Source of the DNA: Promethearchaeia archaeon
GTDB taxonomy: Archaea; Asgardarchaeota; Lokiarchaeia; Sigyniarchaeales; SOKP01
Assembly (NCBI GenBank): GCA_029856045.1
Contig: JAHQWG010000028.1
Location: 1 to 64,000, forward strand
Direction of reading: 5' to 3'
DNA length: 64,000 bases
Shown here one piece after another: positions 49,381-59,489 of this stretch. Under the pieces are notes generated by a model. It did no database searches and was not told the DNA's origin. It saw only the letters and a program-made list of their open reading frames with translations. Within the stretch, counting starts at the first letter, position 1. Each line of letters starts with the position of its first letter. The translations under genes were made by a program, and so were the position numbers.

Positions 49381-50138
49381 CAAAACGGATAATTCCTTGT
49401 TTGGATATCAATAAAGAACGCGTAGTAAAAGGAATAAATTTCAAAAATCTAAAAGATATTGGAAATCCACTTGAACTAGCAAGATATTATTCGAACTCTG
49501 GAGCAGATGAGATAAGTTTTCTAGATATTACAGCATCTTATGAAAATCGTAAAATAATTCTTGAATTCGTAAAATCAGTAGCAAATGAAGTTTTTATTCC
49601 ATTATCTGTTGGAGGTGGAATTCGAACAATAGAAGAAATTCAATCTATTTTAGCTGCTGGTGCAGAAAAAGTAAGTATTGGTACCAGCGCCGTTCAAAAT
49701 CCACAGTTAATTGCAAAGGCTGCAAATAAGTTTGGAAAACAAGCAATTGTTCTTTCATTAGACGTTCAGCGTTCTTCTTCAATGAAAAATGGCTGGGAAA
49801 TTTATATCAACGGTGGAAGAAAACCAACTGGGTTAGATGCATTAGAATTTGCGCAAAAAATAGAAAACCTAGGATCAGGTGAAATTTTATTAAATTCAAT
49901 TGATCGTGATGGGACAAAACTAGGCTATGATCTTGAATTAATTAAATTATTTAATGAAAATTTGAAGATTCCAATTATTGCATCTGGTGGAGCAGGTACT
50001 TTAGAGAACATTCGAGATGCTTTTACAATTGGAGGTGCAGATGCAGCTCTTGTAGCCTCACTTTTTCATTATAAAAATTATAAGATTCAAGAAGTTAAAA
50101 AATATTTGCGAAAGCACAAAGTGGAGGTACGTCTTTAA
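49374..50138 (+). CDS. hisF: imidazole glycerol phosphate synthase cyclase subunit
   Basis: [38 protein letters not shown]. Confidence 0.96.
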   Translation: MLAKRIIPCLDINKERVVKGINFKNLKDIGNPLELARYYSNSGADEISFLDITASYENRKIILEFVKSVANEVFIPLSVGGGIRTIEEIQSILAAGAEKVSIGTSAVQNPQLIAKAANKFGKQAIVLSLDVQRSSSMKNGWEIYINGGRKPTGLDALEFAQKIENLGSGEILLNSIDRDGTKLGYDLELIKLFNENLKIPIIASGGAGTLENIRDAFTIGGADAALVASLFHYKNYKIQEVKKYLRKHKVEVRL

Positions 50139-51361
50139 TGATTATTCCAAGCATTGATTTGATGAATAATAAGGCAGTTCAACTTCAACAAGGGAAAACA
50201 AAAATATTAGAAAGAGATGATGTTCTTGAATTGGCAAAAGAATTTCAAAAATATGGAGAAATTGCGGTTATTGATCTTGATGCAGCCCTCAATCAAGGTG
50301 ATAATATTGAACTCATTAAAAAAATTTTAAAAGTTGCGGAGTGTCGTGTTGGAGGTGGAATTCGCACACTTAAAAAGGCAAATCAAATTTTACAATGGGG
50401 TGCAAAAAAAATTTTTATTGGAACTAAAGCATACCCCACATTTCTAAAGGAATTACCTAAAGATCGAATAATTGTTGCAATTGATACGAGGAATAATGTT
50501 GTTGTAAATGAAGGTTGGACAAAACCCACACAAAAGACACCTAAAATGATGATTAAAGAATTAGAAAAATATTGCTCTGAATTTTTATTTACAAATATAA
50601 ATATGGAAGGATTGATGAAAGGGATTGATTTCGATTTAGTTAGAGAATTAAGACAATTAACTAAAAATGAATTTACCGTTGCAGGGGGAATTACAAATCT
50701 TGATGAAATCAGATTTTTAGAGAAATTAAATTGTAATTCACAAATAGGAATGGCAATATACACAGGAAGATTAAATCTTATGGATGCTTTCATCGCAGTT
50801 CTTGATTTTAAAAAAAATAACGGATTAATTCCAACAATTGTGCAAGAGAAAAACGGACAAGTACTAATGCTTGCATATTCCTCAAAGGAATCTTTAAAAC
50901 AAACATTTCAATCAAGAAAAGCAACATATTATAGTCGAACTCGAGAAAAAATTTGGATAAAAGGTGAAACATCAAATAATCATCAAGAATTAATCTATGC
51001 AAGATATGATTGCGATAAAGATACAATACTTTTCAAGGTTAAACAACATAATTTTGCTTGCCATCTGGGACGATATTCTTGTTTTGAACAAAAAAACTTT
51101 ACATTAAATGAGTTATTTGATGTTATCAATTCAAGGTTAAAGGTATATTCAAAAGATTCATATACATCACAAATATCACAAGATGAAGAGAAAATCAAAG
51201 CAAAAATCTTGGAAGAGACAAAGGAAATTTTAAATTATACATCGGTAGACAATCTCATTTGGGAAATCGCTGATTTAACCTACTTCATTCTGGTTTTAAT
51301 GGCAAAGAAAGGGATTTCTCTTAATGATATTAAAAATGAACTATGGAGACGACGAAAATGA
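50138..51361 (+). CDS. hisAIE: trifunctional HisA-HisI-HisE fusion
   Basis: HisA: IIPSIDL, IDLDAA, VGGGIR, AGGI; HisI: GLIPTIVQ, YSRTR..W.KGETS, DCDKD, ACHLG..SCF; HisE: SYT, KILEE, EIADL.Y. Confidence 0.9.
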   Translation: MIIPSIDLMNNKAVQLQQGKTKILERDDVLELAKEFQKYGEIAVIDLDAALNQGDNIELIKKILKVAECRVGGGIRTLKKANQILQWGAKKIFIGTKAYPTFLKELPKDRIIVAIDTRNNVVVNEGWTKPTQKTPKMMIKELEKYCSEFLFTNINMEGLMKGIDFDLVRELRQLTKNEFTVAGGITNLDEIRFLEKLNCNSQIGMAIYTGRLNLMDAFIAVLDFKKNNGLIPTIVQEKNGQVLMLAYSSKESLKQTFQSRKATYYSRTREKIWIKGETSNNHQELIYARYDCDKDTILFKVKQHNFACHLGRYSCFEQKNFTLNELFDVINSRLKVYSKDSYTSQISQDEEKIKAKILEETKEILNYTSVDNLIWEIADLTYFILVLMAKKGISLNDIKNELWRRRK

Positions 51362-52395
51362 CTGGTATTCAAATTCAGATGGGAATTCCATCTAAGGGAA
51401 GGATGGGACAGGAAACTGAAAATTTTTTGAATAAATGTGGATTGACAGTAATTCGAAGAAAACGAGAATATCTAGGAAGTATTTTGACAATTCCGGAGAT
51501 TCAACTAATTTTTCAAAGACAAAAGGACATTCTTCGTGGAGTAGAAAATGAGTCTTTAAGTTTTGGAATTATTGGATATGATTTATTAAAAGAATATGCT
51601 AGTTTAACTGGAAATGAAGTTGTAATTCTCCATGACGGACTTGGATTTGGAAAATGTACATTAGAGCTTGCAATTCCTGAAGGATGGAAAGAAGATTCTC
51701 TTGTACAAATTCTTAAGAATAAAAAGAAAATTCGTATTGCAACAAAATACACTCGGCTTGCAAGCCAATTTAAAGAAGTATGCAAGAACCAATTTGAAAT
51801 TATTAATGGAAATGGTTCTATTGAAGTATTCCCAACATTAGGATATTCTGATGCAATAATTGATTTAGTTTCAACTGGGCAAACAATTAAAGATAATCGA
51901 TTGAAACGCATAAGTGGAGGAATAATTCTCAAATCTCAAGCAATCTTCATTGGAAATCGAAAAATGCTTAAAAATCCCAAAATTTTAGCAGTCGCTAAAG
52001 AAATACTTGAATATTTTGAAGCAACAATACGTGCTAATGAATATCTTCAAATTTTTGCAAATATGAAAGAATCTGATCCAAAAAAGATAGCTCAAGCACT
52101 TTTTTCAATTCCTGAATTAGTAGGATTACAAGGACCAACAATTTCACCAGTTTACAAAAAAGATGGGACACTATGGAATGCAATTCACATTATTGTCAAA
52201 AAGAATCAGCTTCAAGAAGCTATTCAATCGCTCAGAAAAATTGGAGGTAGTGGAGTAATTGTTTCACCAGCCTTGTATATTTTTGAAGAAGAACCACCGC
52301 AATACCTTAATCTATTACGTGAAATGCAAAATGAATTAAAAAATAATGGAAAAGGATGTGAGGAAAATGGAGATCCTAACCTTAAAATATTATAA
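51358..52395 (+). CDS. hisG: ATP phosphoribosyltransferase, long form
   Basis: IPSKGRM, GIIGYD, RIATKY, GSIE..P.LG..DAIIDLVSTGQT..DNRL, regulatory domain GLQGPTISPVY. Confidence 0.94.
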   Translation: MTGIQIQMGIPSKGRMGQETENFLNKCGLTVIRRKREYLGSILTIPEIQLIFQRQKDILRGVENESLSFGIIGYDLLKEYASLTGNEVVILHDGLGFGKCTLELAIPEGWKEDSLVQILKNKKKIRIATKYTRLASQFKEVCKNQFEIINGNGSIEVFPTLGYSDAIIDLVSTGQTIKDNRLKRISGGIILKSQAIFIGNRKMLKNPKILAVAKEILEYFEATIRANEYLQIFANMKESDPKKIAQALFSIPELVGLQGPTISPVYKKDGTLWNAIHIIVKKNQLQEAIQSLRKIGGSGVIVSPALYIFEEEPPQYLNLLREMQNELKNNGKGCEENGDPNLKIL

Positions 52396-53617
52396 ACATA
52401 AGCATTTTGATTATGCAGAAATGTTTGAATTAAAAAAAGTTAGAAAAATTTTAAAATCAGTAAAAAGAAATGGAGATTCCGCAATCAAGCACTATACAAA
52501 ACAATTTGATAAAATTAATTTAGAGAAAATTCAAATTCCAGAAGAAAAAATTACAGAAATTTACAAATCTGCTGATCCAAAATTAATTGAACTTCTACAA
52601 TATGCTACAAATCGAATACAACTTTTTGCATCAAAACAACTAGAATCTTTCAAAAATCTTGAAATAAAGATTGAAGATTCAATCATTGGACATAAAATTG
52701 TGCCTATACAAAAAGTAGGATGCTATGTTCCCGGAGGACGTTTTCCTCTTATTTCTACTGCATTGATGACAGTCATTCCTGCAAAAGTAGCTGGAGTGAA
52801 GGAAATATTTGTATGTTCCCCAAAAATTCATTCAATAACAATACTTGCAGCAAAAATTGCTGGTGCGGATCGAATATTCAATATGGGAGGAGTACAGGCA
52901 ATAGCTGCTTTTGCATTCGGAACTGAATCTGTACCAAAAGTCGATAAAATTGTTGGACCTGGTAATAAATATGTTACAGCTGCAAAAAAAGAAGTATACG
53001 GAACAGTGGGAATTGATTTTCTTGCAGGACCTAGTGAAATATTAATTATTGCAGACGAAACGGCTATACCAGAATTTATTGCTGCAGATCTTCTTGCACA
53101 AGCAGAACATGATCCAAATTCTATTCCGGAACTAATTACAACATCTCCTCAACTTGCAGCAAAAGTCAATCAGCAACTAAAATTTCAACTTTCTAATTTA
53201 ACTACAAAAAAAACTGCAGAAAGTGCATTAAAGAATGGAAAAATAATTCTTACAGATTCTATACTAGAAACTGTAAAAATTTCAAATATTATCGCTCCAG
53301 AACATTTAGAAATTCATATTTCCAATCCAGATCTAATAATTGATAAATTATATAATTATGGTTCCTTATTCATTGGGAATTATTCCGCGGAAACATTTGG
53401 AGACTATTGTAGCGGAACTAACCATATACTTCCTACAAATGGGGCAGCACGTTACACAGGAGGATTATCTGTAAAAAATTTCATTAAAATCCAAACTTAT
53501 CAAAAAATTGGCAAGAAAGATGCAAAAAAAATAAGTCAAATTACAGAAAATCTTGCAGAAATAGAAGGATTATATGCACATAAAAATGCATCAATAATTC
53601 GTTTTAAATCTTTGTGA
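52367..53617 (+). CDS. hisD: histidinol dehydrogenase
   Basis: [53 protein letters not shown]. Confidence 0.95.
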   Translation: MEILTLKYYKHKHFDYAEMFELKKVRKILKSVKRNGDSAIKHYTKQFDKINLEKIQIPEEKITEIYKSADPKLIELLQYATNRIQLFASKQLESFKNLEIKIEDSIIGHKIVPIQKVGCYVPGGRFPLISTALMTVIPAKVAGVKEIFVCSPKIHSITILAAKIAGADRIFNMGGVQAIAAFAFGTESVPKVDKIVGPGNKYVTAAKKEVYGTVGIDFLAGPSEILIIADETAIPEFIAADLLAQAEHDPNSIPELITTSPQLAAKVNQQLKFQLSNLTTKKTAESALKNGKIILTDSILETVKISNIIAPEHLEIHISNPDLIIDKLYNYGSLFIGNYSAETFGDYCSGTNHILPTNGAARYTGGLSVKNFIKIQTYQKIGKKDAKKISQITENLAEIEGLYAHKNASIIRFKSL

Positions 53618-53622
53618 AGATT

Positions 53623-54070
53623 TTGGAAGATTTATTATAATATCGCAATCTTTTACAAGTTTTGAAACAAAAAAATCTTTCATAATTAAACCGTCTTCAA
53701 TTATTTCTTTTTCTGGAATTTCTTTTTCAATATGTACGAATTTTATACCTTCTCTATCTCAGATATCAAGAAGTCCTATTTTATTAGCAACAGAAATAAC
53801 ATTTTTTTTTAATTGACCGGGAGAATCACCAATTCTTACAATTTCCATGGACACACCGATGCTTTTTAAATAATTAATAACACCCTCTACAAAAATTGGT
53901 TGAGTACACGCATCTCTGTCAGTAGAAAGCAAGTTTGGCTTTAATAAGATATATTTTGATTCTTTAAAATTAAATAGCAAATCCTTATCAATCAATTAAA
54001 TGGCACTATTAATTGCATCAATAATGCTATCAAAATTTCTTACATTTACAATACTTATTTTAGTTGTCAT
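53623..54070 (-). pseudogene. truncated, nonsense-disrupted duplicate of the DUF362 gene (5' half only)
   Basis: MTTKISIVNVRNFDSIIDAINSAI*LIDKDLL...GLLDI*DREGIKF...CDIIINLP; parallels 46055-46502; two in-frame stops; ends at the hisD stop. Confidence 0.85.
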
Positions 54071-54122
54071 TGTAAACAGTTAAGGTTTAATTATTGTAAA
54101 AATAATTTTCAAATTCTATTTT

Positions 54123-54830
54123 CTAATCAAAACTATTGAAATTTGCAAATTTAACTCCCTTCCCTTTCATATTAGCCAAAGTTTGGGAGATGTTTCCTTC
54201 TGGTAAATCTATTCCTTTAGTTAAATCAACAATTAAAAATACTTCAAATCCAAAATCAATTCCATCCACTGCTGTGAAATAACAACAATAATCTAATGCG
54301 AGACCACAAATGAAAATTCTTTTAATTTTTAATGATTTCAACAATCCAGAAAGACCAGTTTCGGTTTTTTTATCATTTTCAAGAAAACCAGAGTAGCTAT
54401 CAATTTCTGGATTCATTCCTTTTCGAATAACTGCTCTGGTATGCAATATTTTTAAAGAATTATGAAAATCTGCTCCATGTGTTCCTTGAACGCAGTGATC
54501 AGGCCACAAAACTGGACCAATTGTTTCAGTTTGATATTCATCTCCTGGATTTTTTCCGGGGTGATTACTGGCAAAGGATTTATGAGATTTAGGGTGCCAA
54601 TCTTGCGTCAAAATTATGGAGGCCTCATTTATATAAAATTTTTTGACTATTTGATTAACTCCAGTAATAATTTGATCACCTTCTTCTACGGGTAAGGCAC
54701 CACTTGGCATGAAATCGTTCTGCATATCAACAATAATTAAAGCGTCCTCCTTGGAAATTGTGATATCTTTGACATATTTGATCTCATCAAGATTCAATTT
54801 AATCACTTCTATGAAACTTATAATATTCAA
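54123..54830 (-). CDS. pncA: nicotinamidase/pyrazinamidase
   Basis: IVDMQNDF..GALPV, TQDWHP, WPDHCVQGT.GA, KG...DSYSGF, GLALDYC; true start may be TTG at 54797. Confidence 0.92.
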   Translation of the reverse strand: MNIISFIEVIKLNLDEIKYVKDITISKEDALIIVDMQNDFMPSGALPVEEGDQIITGVNQIVKKFYINEASIILTQDWHPKSHKSFASNHPGKNPGDEYQTETIGPVLWPDHCVQGTHGADFHNSLKILHTRAVIRKGMNPEIDSYSGFLENDKKTETGLSGLLKSLKIKRIFICGLALDYCCYFTAVDGIDFGFEVFLIVDLTKGIDLPEGNISQTLANMKGKGVKFANFNSFD

Positions 54831-54979
54831 ACTTTTTAGTTATTATGTATTAGAAAACTCAAAAATTTAAAAAATAAAATGTATATAGGATTTCATTTTT
54901 TCCCCCCCGAAGAAAACACTTTAAAAAAGAGTTATGTATAAATATCTATAAATTCAAAACTTTTCTTAGGTGATTTAAT

Positions 54980-56710
54980 ATGTTAGATAAAAAAAATAGA
55001 ATTAGGCTTATATCGGTATTATTTATTTTATTTGTATTTATTTTTCAAACGTTGTTCATTATTCAAATAAATACCTCAAATAATTATCCAAATAATTTTT
55101 TGAACTCAACTGAAGTGGAAAAAAATGTGAACATTCGTCCTTCAGCTGAGGAATCATATACTGAACAATGGCTTGGAAATCCTACTTTTGATTCTCCAAT
55201 AGAACCATGGTTTTTACTTGAGGAAGGCGATTTATCGGATGTACAAGCAACTACAAGTCAGAACCAAGGGAATTTAGGAGTTTTGGGAGAGGCGAGAGAA
55301 TTTTCTTTAGTTGTAGACCCCTCAAACGCAATAGAATTGGCAAAATGGGAGACTTTTAAAAAATCTGAATTCGACCTCTATCCACATTCTCATGGTATTA
55401 ATTCATCTGGTTTTTATACTTCACATTTTTGGAAAGAAAGCGGTGGTGGTCAAGATGAAAATACTCCCGCTGTGCGTTGGAAAAGAAATATTACGATGGA
55501 TGTTGAAATGTCAGATTATATAATAACCTCTGCTTCAATCGAGGCACAGTTTAACGCGACAGTTCAAGCTAAAACTCTTACTAATGGTGGTATAGAAGTC
55601 CCTAATGATTATACGAGTGATGAGATGGGCGGATCACAAAATGATACATTGGACCATGCAAGATTTAGTGTTGAGATTTCTAACTTGGAATGCACAAAAA
55701 AATTCGAATTAGCACATAATCAAACTCGCTATTTAGGAGATGACGATGTTATTGGAACTTGGGACAGTTTACCGGATACTCCAATGACAAATAATGTAGA
55801 TGAAGAAGTTTTAATAGCATATTTAACATCAATTTTAGATGATGATCCTTTTCATAAGTCATTTACAATTATTCTAGGAATAGATATTTATTGTGCAGAT
55901 AATTATTTCAGTAGTGATCAAGATAATTGGCAATCTTTAATCATTAGGTATCTTAATTTAACATTTACTTACGAAAAAAAGATAGATCAACTTACAACTG
56001 TTTCTTGGAACCAGATTGGAGATAAATTAAATGATAGAATTTCTGATATCCCAAATGCAACTATTGATGTAAAAAATGCAACACTTAATTTTAGACATAA
56101 AATTGATCAAACTTGGTCCAGTTCATCCCCAAATTCCGAAATCAGAATTAAAATTGGTAATAATAAGCATACGGAAACAATTAAATTAAGTTCTGCAAGC
56201 ACCTCTTTTCAGGAAGCAAAATCTGGAGGATTTGATGTAACTTCCTTAATTTTGAAAGATGTGAATCTTTCACTTTCAATTCAAGTATTTCTGGCAGATG
56301 AATTCGGCTTAGACAGAAATATTACAATTTCAATAGATGATGTTTATCTTTATATTTCATACATTATTTTTACTCCAGACACCCCATTGGAACCAGGACC
56401 AGATTTGAGTTGGCTCATTTATTTATTAATTATTGCAATAATCGCTCTAATTACTATTTTTACTCTATATCAACTGCATTTTAAATATCCTCCGATGGTA
56501 AGGAAAACCAGAAAATTAAGAAAAAAAATTAGAAAGGGAAAACGAGCAAAACCAATATTAATTCATAAACGAGAAGATATTGTTAAAAATCATGTTCAAA
56601 ATCTATTACAAATATTAAAAGTAGAACCAAAACAACCAGAGATTATTGATAAAGGGGAAAAAATTTCTCAAAAAGTAAAAATCAAACAATTACAGAAGGA
56701 GGAGAAATAA
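54980..56710 (+). CDS. single-pass membrane protein with large extracellular beta-rich domain and basic cytoplasmic tail
   Basis: N-terminal signal/TM, several N-x-S/T sequons, TM LSWLIYLLIIAIIALITIFTLY, K/R-rich tail. Confidence 0.75.
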   Translation: MLDKKNRIRLISVLFILFVFIFQTLFIIQINTSNNYPNNFLNSTEVEKNVNIRPSAEESYTEQWLGNPTFDSPIEPWFLLEEGDLSDVQATTSQNQGNLGVLGEAREFSLVVDPSNAIELAKWETFKKSEFDLYPHSHGINSSGFYTSHFWKESGGGQDENTPAVRWKRNITMDVEMSDYIITSASIEAQFNATVQAKTLTNGGIEVPNDYTSDEMGGSQNDTLDHARFSVEISNLECTKKFELAHNQTRYLGDDDVIGTWDSLPDTPMTNNVDEEVLIAYLTSILDDDPFHKSFTIILGIDIYCADNYFSSDQDNWQSLIIRYLNLTFTYEKKIDQLTTVSWNQIGDKLNDRISDIPNATIDVKNATLNFRHKIDQTWSSSSPNSEIRIKIGNNKHTETIKLSSASTSFQEAKSGGFDVTSLILKDVNLSLSIQVFLADEFGLDRNITISIDDVYLYISYIIFTPDTPLEPGPDLSWLIYLLIIAIIALITIFTLYQLHFKYPPMVRKTRKLRKKIRKGKRAKPILIHKREDIVKNHVQNLLQILKVEPKQPEIIDKGEKISQKVKIKQLQKEEK

Positions 56711-57838
56711 ATGCCCCGTGGGTATATTATAACAAAATGGACAGAAGACGAAGGGTTAGTCGCTGAGATCAGCTATCCAGAAGGATTAGAAGTGGATTTG
56801 GATGATATGATGCGAGTTTTCTATGCACACATTACAGGCGCAGGGGAAGCGGGTAGCGTATTAGTAAGACTTGAAAAAGTACATTCTAACGTGTTCAGTT
56901 ATTTTACTGGTATGGAATCAGAGACGCCTTTAATGATAAATTTAATGTTAGAATTAGGAGAAGACCCTGACATGTTTGGTGATGCGGTGATACAAGAAAT
57001 AAATGATACTATTTTATCTTATATTCATCAGAAGGGAACAACTGTTTCTCAGGCTTATGAAATTGTAAAAAAATTAAAAGATTATTTAAAAAATGCATTA
57101 TTTCTTTTAGAGCGTTTAAAAAATCTGACAAAAGAACAAAGGTTGGCACAAATATATAGTAGCGAAAAAGGAAGGAAAATTTTAAAAATTTTACAAGAGA
57201 GAGCACGATCCAGAAAAGAATTACAAGCGATTTTAGAAGTGGAGTTAGGGAAAATTATCTCTAATCTTGAAATAACTTTAGATCCTTTTATTAAGACAGA
57301 TCTTGTAAAACAAGAGTGGATTGAAGGTACATCAGATATTACTTTATTCCTTCTTTCTGATTTTACTTTGTTAAGAACTCCAGTTGTTAAATTAATTGAA
57401 GAAGCTAAAAAAAATCGTCCAACTTCTGAATTAGCGAAAAAATATCTTGAAGAAGTTCAAGGATTCTTTTCAATATACAATCCATCATTTGTAGATAATA
57501 TTAAAATTGCACATAATATGATGAATCCCGATAAATATGATTTTATTACACTATTCAGGGAAAGAGCTTACCCTTTAAATAAAATACCTAAAGGATCAGG
57601 GTCGAGTTTTGTTGAGATTAGTGAATTAATAAAATCAATGGAGAAAGATCATATTATCAAAATTATAAAAGACAGTAAAAATATTGAATGGGTCTTTTTA
57701 TTAACGGATGTATCTGTTCAAACCTTTTATCCGGAATATTTAATTGAAAAAATCCGAAGCGATCGAATGGAAGGAAAATTAAAGAAAGAGATTGCAATTA
57801 AACATTTGGAATTACTTGAGAAAGTATATACAAAATAG
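56711..57838 (+). CDS. longin/uDENN-like N-terminal domain + winged-helix protein
   Basis: GYIITKWTEDEGLVAEISYP..., SYFTG, LMLELGEDP typical of Asgard longin-like domains; KILKILQE..SRKEL..LDPFIKTDLV wHTH. Confidence 0.55.
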   Translation: MPRGYIITKWTEDEGLVAEISYPEGLEVDLDDMMRVFYAHITGAGEAGSVLVRLEKVHSNVFSYFTGMESETPLMINLMLELGEDPDMFGDAVIQEINDTILSYIHQKGTTVSQAYEIVKKLKDYLKNALFLLERLKNLTKEQRLAQIYSSEKGRKILKILQERARSRKELQAILEVELGKIISNLEITLDPFIKTDLVKQEWIEGTSDITLFLLSDFTLLRTPVVKLIEEAKKNRPTSELAKKYLEEVQGFFSIYNPSFVDNIKIAHNMMNPDKYDFITLFRERAYPLNKIPKGSGSSFVEISELIKSMEKDHIIKIIKDSKNIEWVFLLTDVSVQTFYPEYLIEKIRSDRMEGKLKKEIAIKHLELLEKVYTK

Positions 57839-57857
57839 GAGGAGGAGAAAATTTAAG

Positions 57858-59336
57858 ATGTCTTATGAAAAAAATGAATTTAAATCAACCAAAAAAGCGT
57901 TAGAACTTATTGGATTGGCTCCTGATGAGATTAATACCTTTTTTAATATAACTGGAAGAGGTCCCGTAATGGTTGGAGAAATTGCTCTATTATCGAAAGT
58001 AACTGAAGAACGCGCAATGGAAATTGCAAATAATTTACTTGAGAAAGGACTGGTAAGAGTAATTCCTGGGAAAACCCCCCATTATATGGCATTACCCCCA
58101 TATATAGCACTTTTAACTCAAATCCGCCAATTTAAAGAATCAATAAAAGGAATACAACAATCAACCCCTCAAAATTTGCAACAAAGATTTCAAAGCATCG
58201 AGCAACAATCATCAAAGCTCCAAAAATTTGAAGATTATAGAAAATATCTTCAAGAAATGAAAAAAACATTACCAGATCAAATTAAAACGCAATTCAATAA
58301 ATTTGAGAAAGAACTTGAACAAGTGAAAAAGTTTCACCAAGTTAAACAATTTATTCTAAATCTAAAAGAAATTGTTCCCGCAGATATTTTAAAAGAATTT
58401 GAGAAAATGGAAAGTCGTTTAGAAAATATTAAATCCGAAATATCCAATGCTTTTGAAAAGCAGTTTCGAATCGGAGCATTAAAAAGTTTTGCAGAAAAAA
58501 TCACTTCCCGAATAATTTCAAAACAATTTCAAGAAATGACTGTCTCTTTGCGTAATAGATTTGTAGAAACTACTCAGAATATGTTGGATCAAGTTATAAA
58601 ACAATTAGGAACTATTTCAGACACCGCTGGTGAAATTAGTACTGATTTAGGAACGACATTTGAAGAGATTGAATCTGGATTAATAGAAACTTTAAATGGA
58701 TTAGAAAGCCGAATTACGGAGGTTTATGACGACATTGTCAGTGGAATTGAAGAATTGAAAAATACTTTCCAGAAAGAAATTTTTGAAACCCTTCAAGATG
58801 ATATAATACAAAATATTATCAACCAGATGGAAATGTCTGAAGAAACAATGAATGAATTCTGGGAACGATCTAAAAAGGCTTCGATGCTTACTTTTAAAGA
58901 CGTTTGGTTTGTCAGAAGCCCAGAGGGTATGATGGCACAAATTAATGACTTAATATCTCGAGTAAAAATGAGATTCTACATAATCGCACCTAAAATAGAA
59001 AATATTGATATGGTCGCGCTTACTAGTACAAAACCACGTATTAATATAAGAATATCAACCAATTTTAACCTTAGTAATCCATCTCATGTATCTATAATCA
59101 ATCAAATTGAGCAATATCCAAACATTACCATAAGATATTATCCAAGAGAAAATTTATGGGCAATCAATAAAGATTTTGAAGAGGTGGTTGTGTGTGTGAC
59201 CTCAACTACTGATAATGGAAAAATAGAAATAGCCGGAATGGGTTCCGTTCTTGATGAACATATTAAATTATTTGCCGCAGTTTTAGAAGATATTTGGATT
59301 CAAAGTAAAAAACTTGATATGTTAGGAGTAGGATAA
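57858..59336 (+). CDS. TrmB-like regulator: N-terminal wHTH, long helical insert, C-terminal PLD-like domain
   Basis: LELIGL..DE, GEIALLSKV...NLLEKGLVRVIPGKTPHYMALPP; about 270-aa heptad region; FYIIAP, IRIST, IRYYP..LWAINKD.EEV; ATG 57858 after GGAGGAG. Confidence 0.7.
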   Translation: MSYEKNEFKSTKKALELIGLAPDEINTFFNITGRGPVMVGEIALLSKVTEERAMEIANNLLEKGLVRVIPGKTPHYMALPPYIALLTQIRQFKESIKGIQQSTPQNLQQRFQSIEQQSSKLQKFEDYRKYLQEMKKTLPDQIKTQFNKFEKELEQVKKFHQVKQFILNLKEIVPADILKEFEKMESRLENIKSEISNAFEKQFRIGALKSFAEKITSRIISKQFQEMTVSLRNRFVETTQNMLDQVIKQLGTISDTAGEISTDLGTTFEEIESGLIETLNGLESRITEVYDDIVSGIEELKNTFQKEIFETLQDDIIQNIINQMEMSEETMNEFWERSKKASMLTFKDVWFVRSPEGMMAQINDLISRVKMRFYIIAPKIENIDMVALTSTKPRINIRISTNFNLSNPSHVSIINQIEQYPNITIRYYPRENLWAINKDFEEVVVCVTSTTDNGKIEIAGMGSVLDEHIKLFAAVLEDIWIQSKKLDMLGVG

Positions 59337-59489
59337 AACATTTTTAGGTAATTATTTTAGCCTTTTCAAAACTTTTTATTAATTATTATACTAATATTAA
59401 TAATATCCTAAATATAATACAATTTTAATAGGATAAAAAACGTAATTTATATTAATTAAATAATTGAAAAAAATTTGATGACGTAAAAA

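Larger units (their letters stand above)
46055..54095. repeat. ~470-bp diverged direct repeats (46055-46527 and 53623-54095) flanking the his operon
   Basis: Both begin ttggaagatttattataatatcgcaatcttttac and end cagttaaggtttaa(a/t)tatt. Confidence 0.85.

Noticed and set aside
53759-53995. 78-aa ORF as an independent gene, or TGA read-through (Sec) of the DUF362 copy
   Set aside because: It is a fragment between two stops (one is TAA) of a truncated duplicate; no SECIS identified
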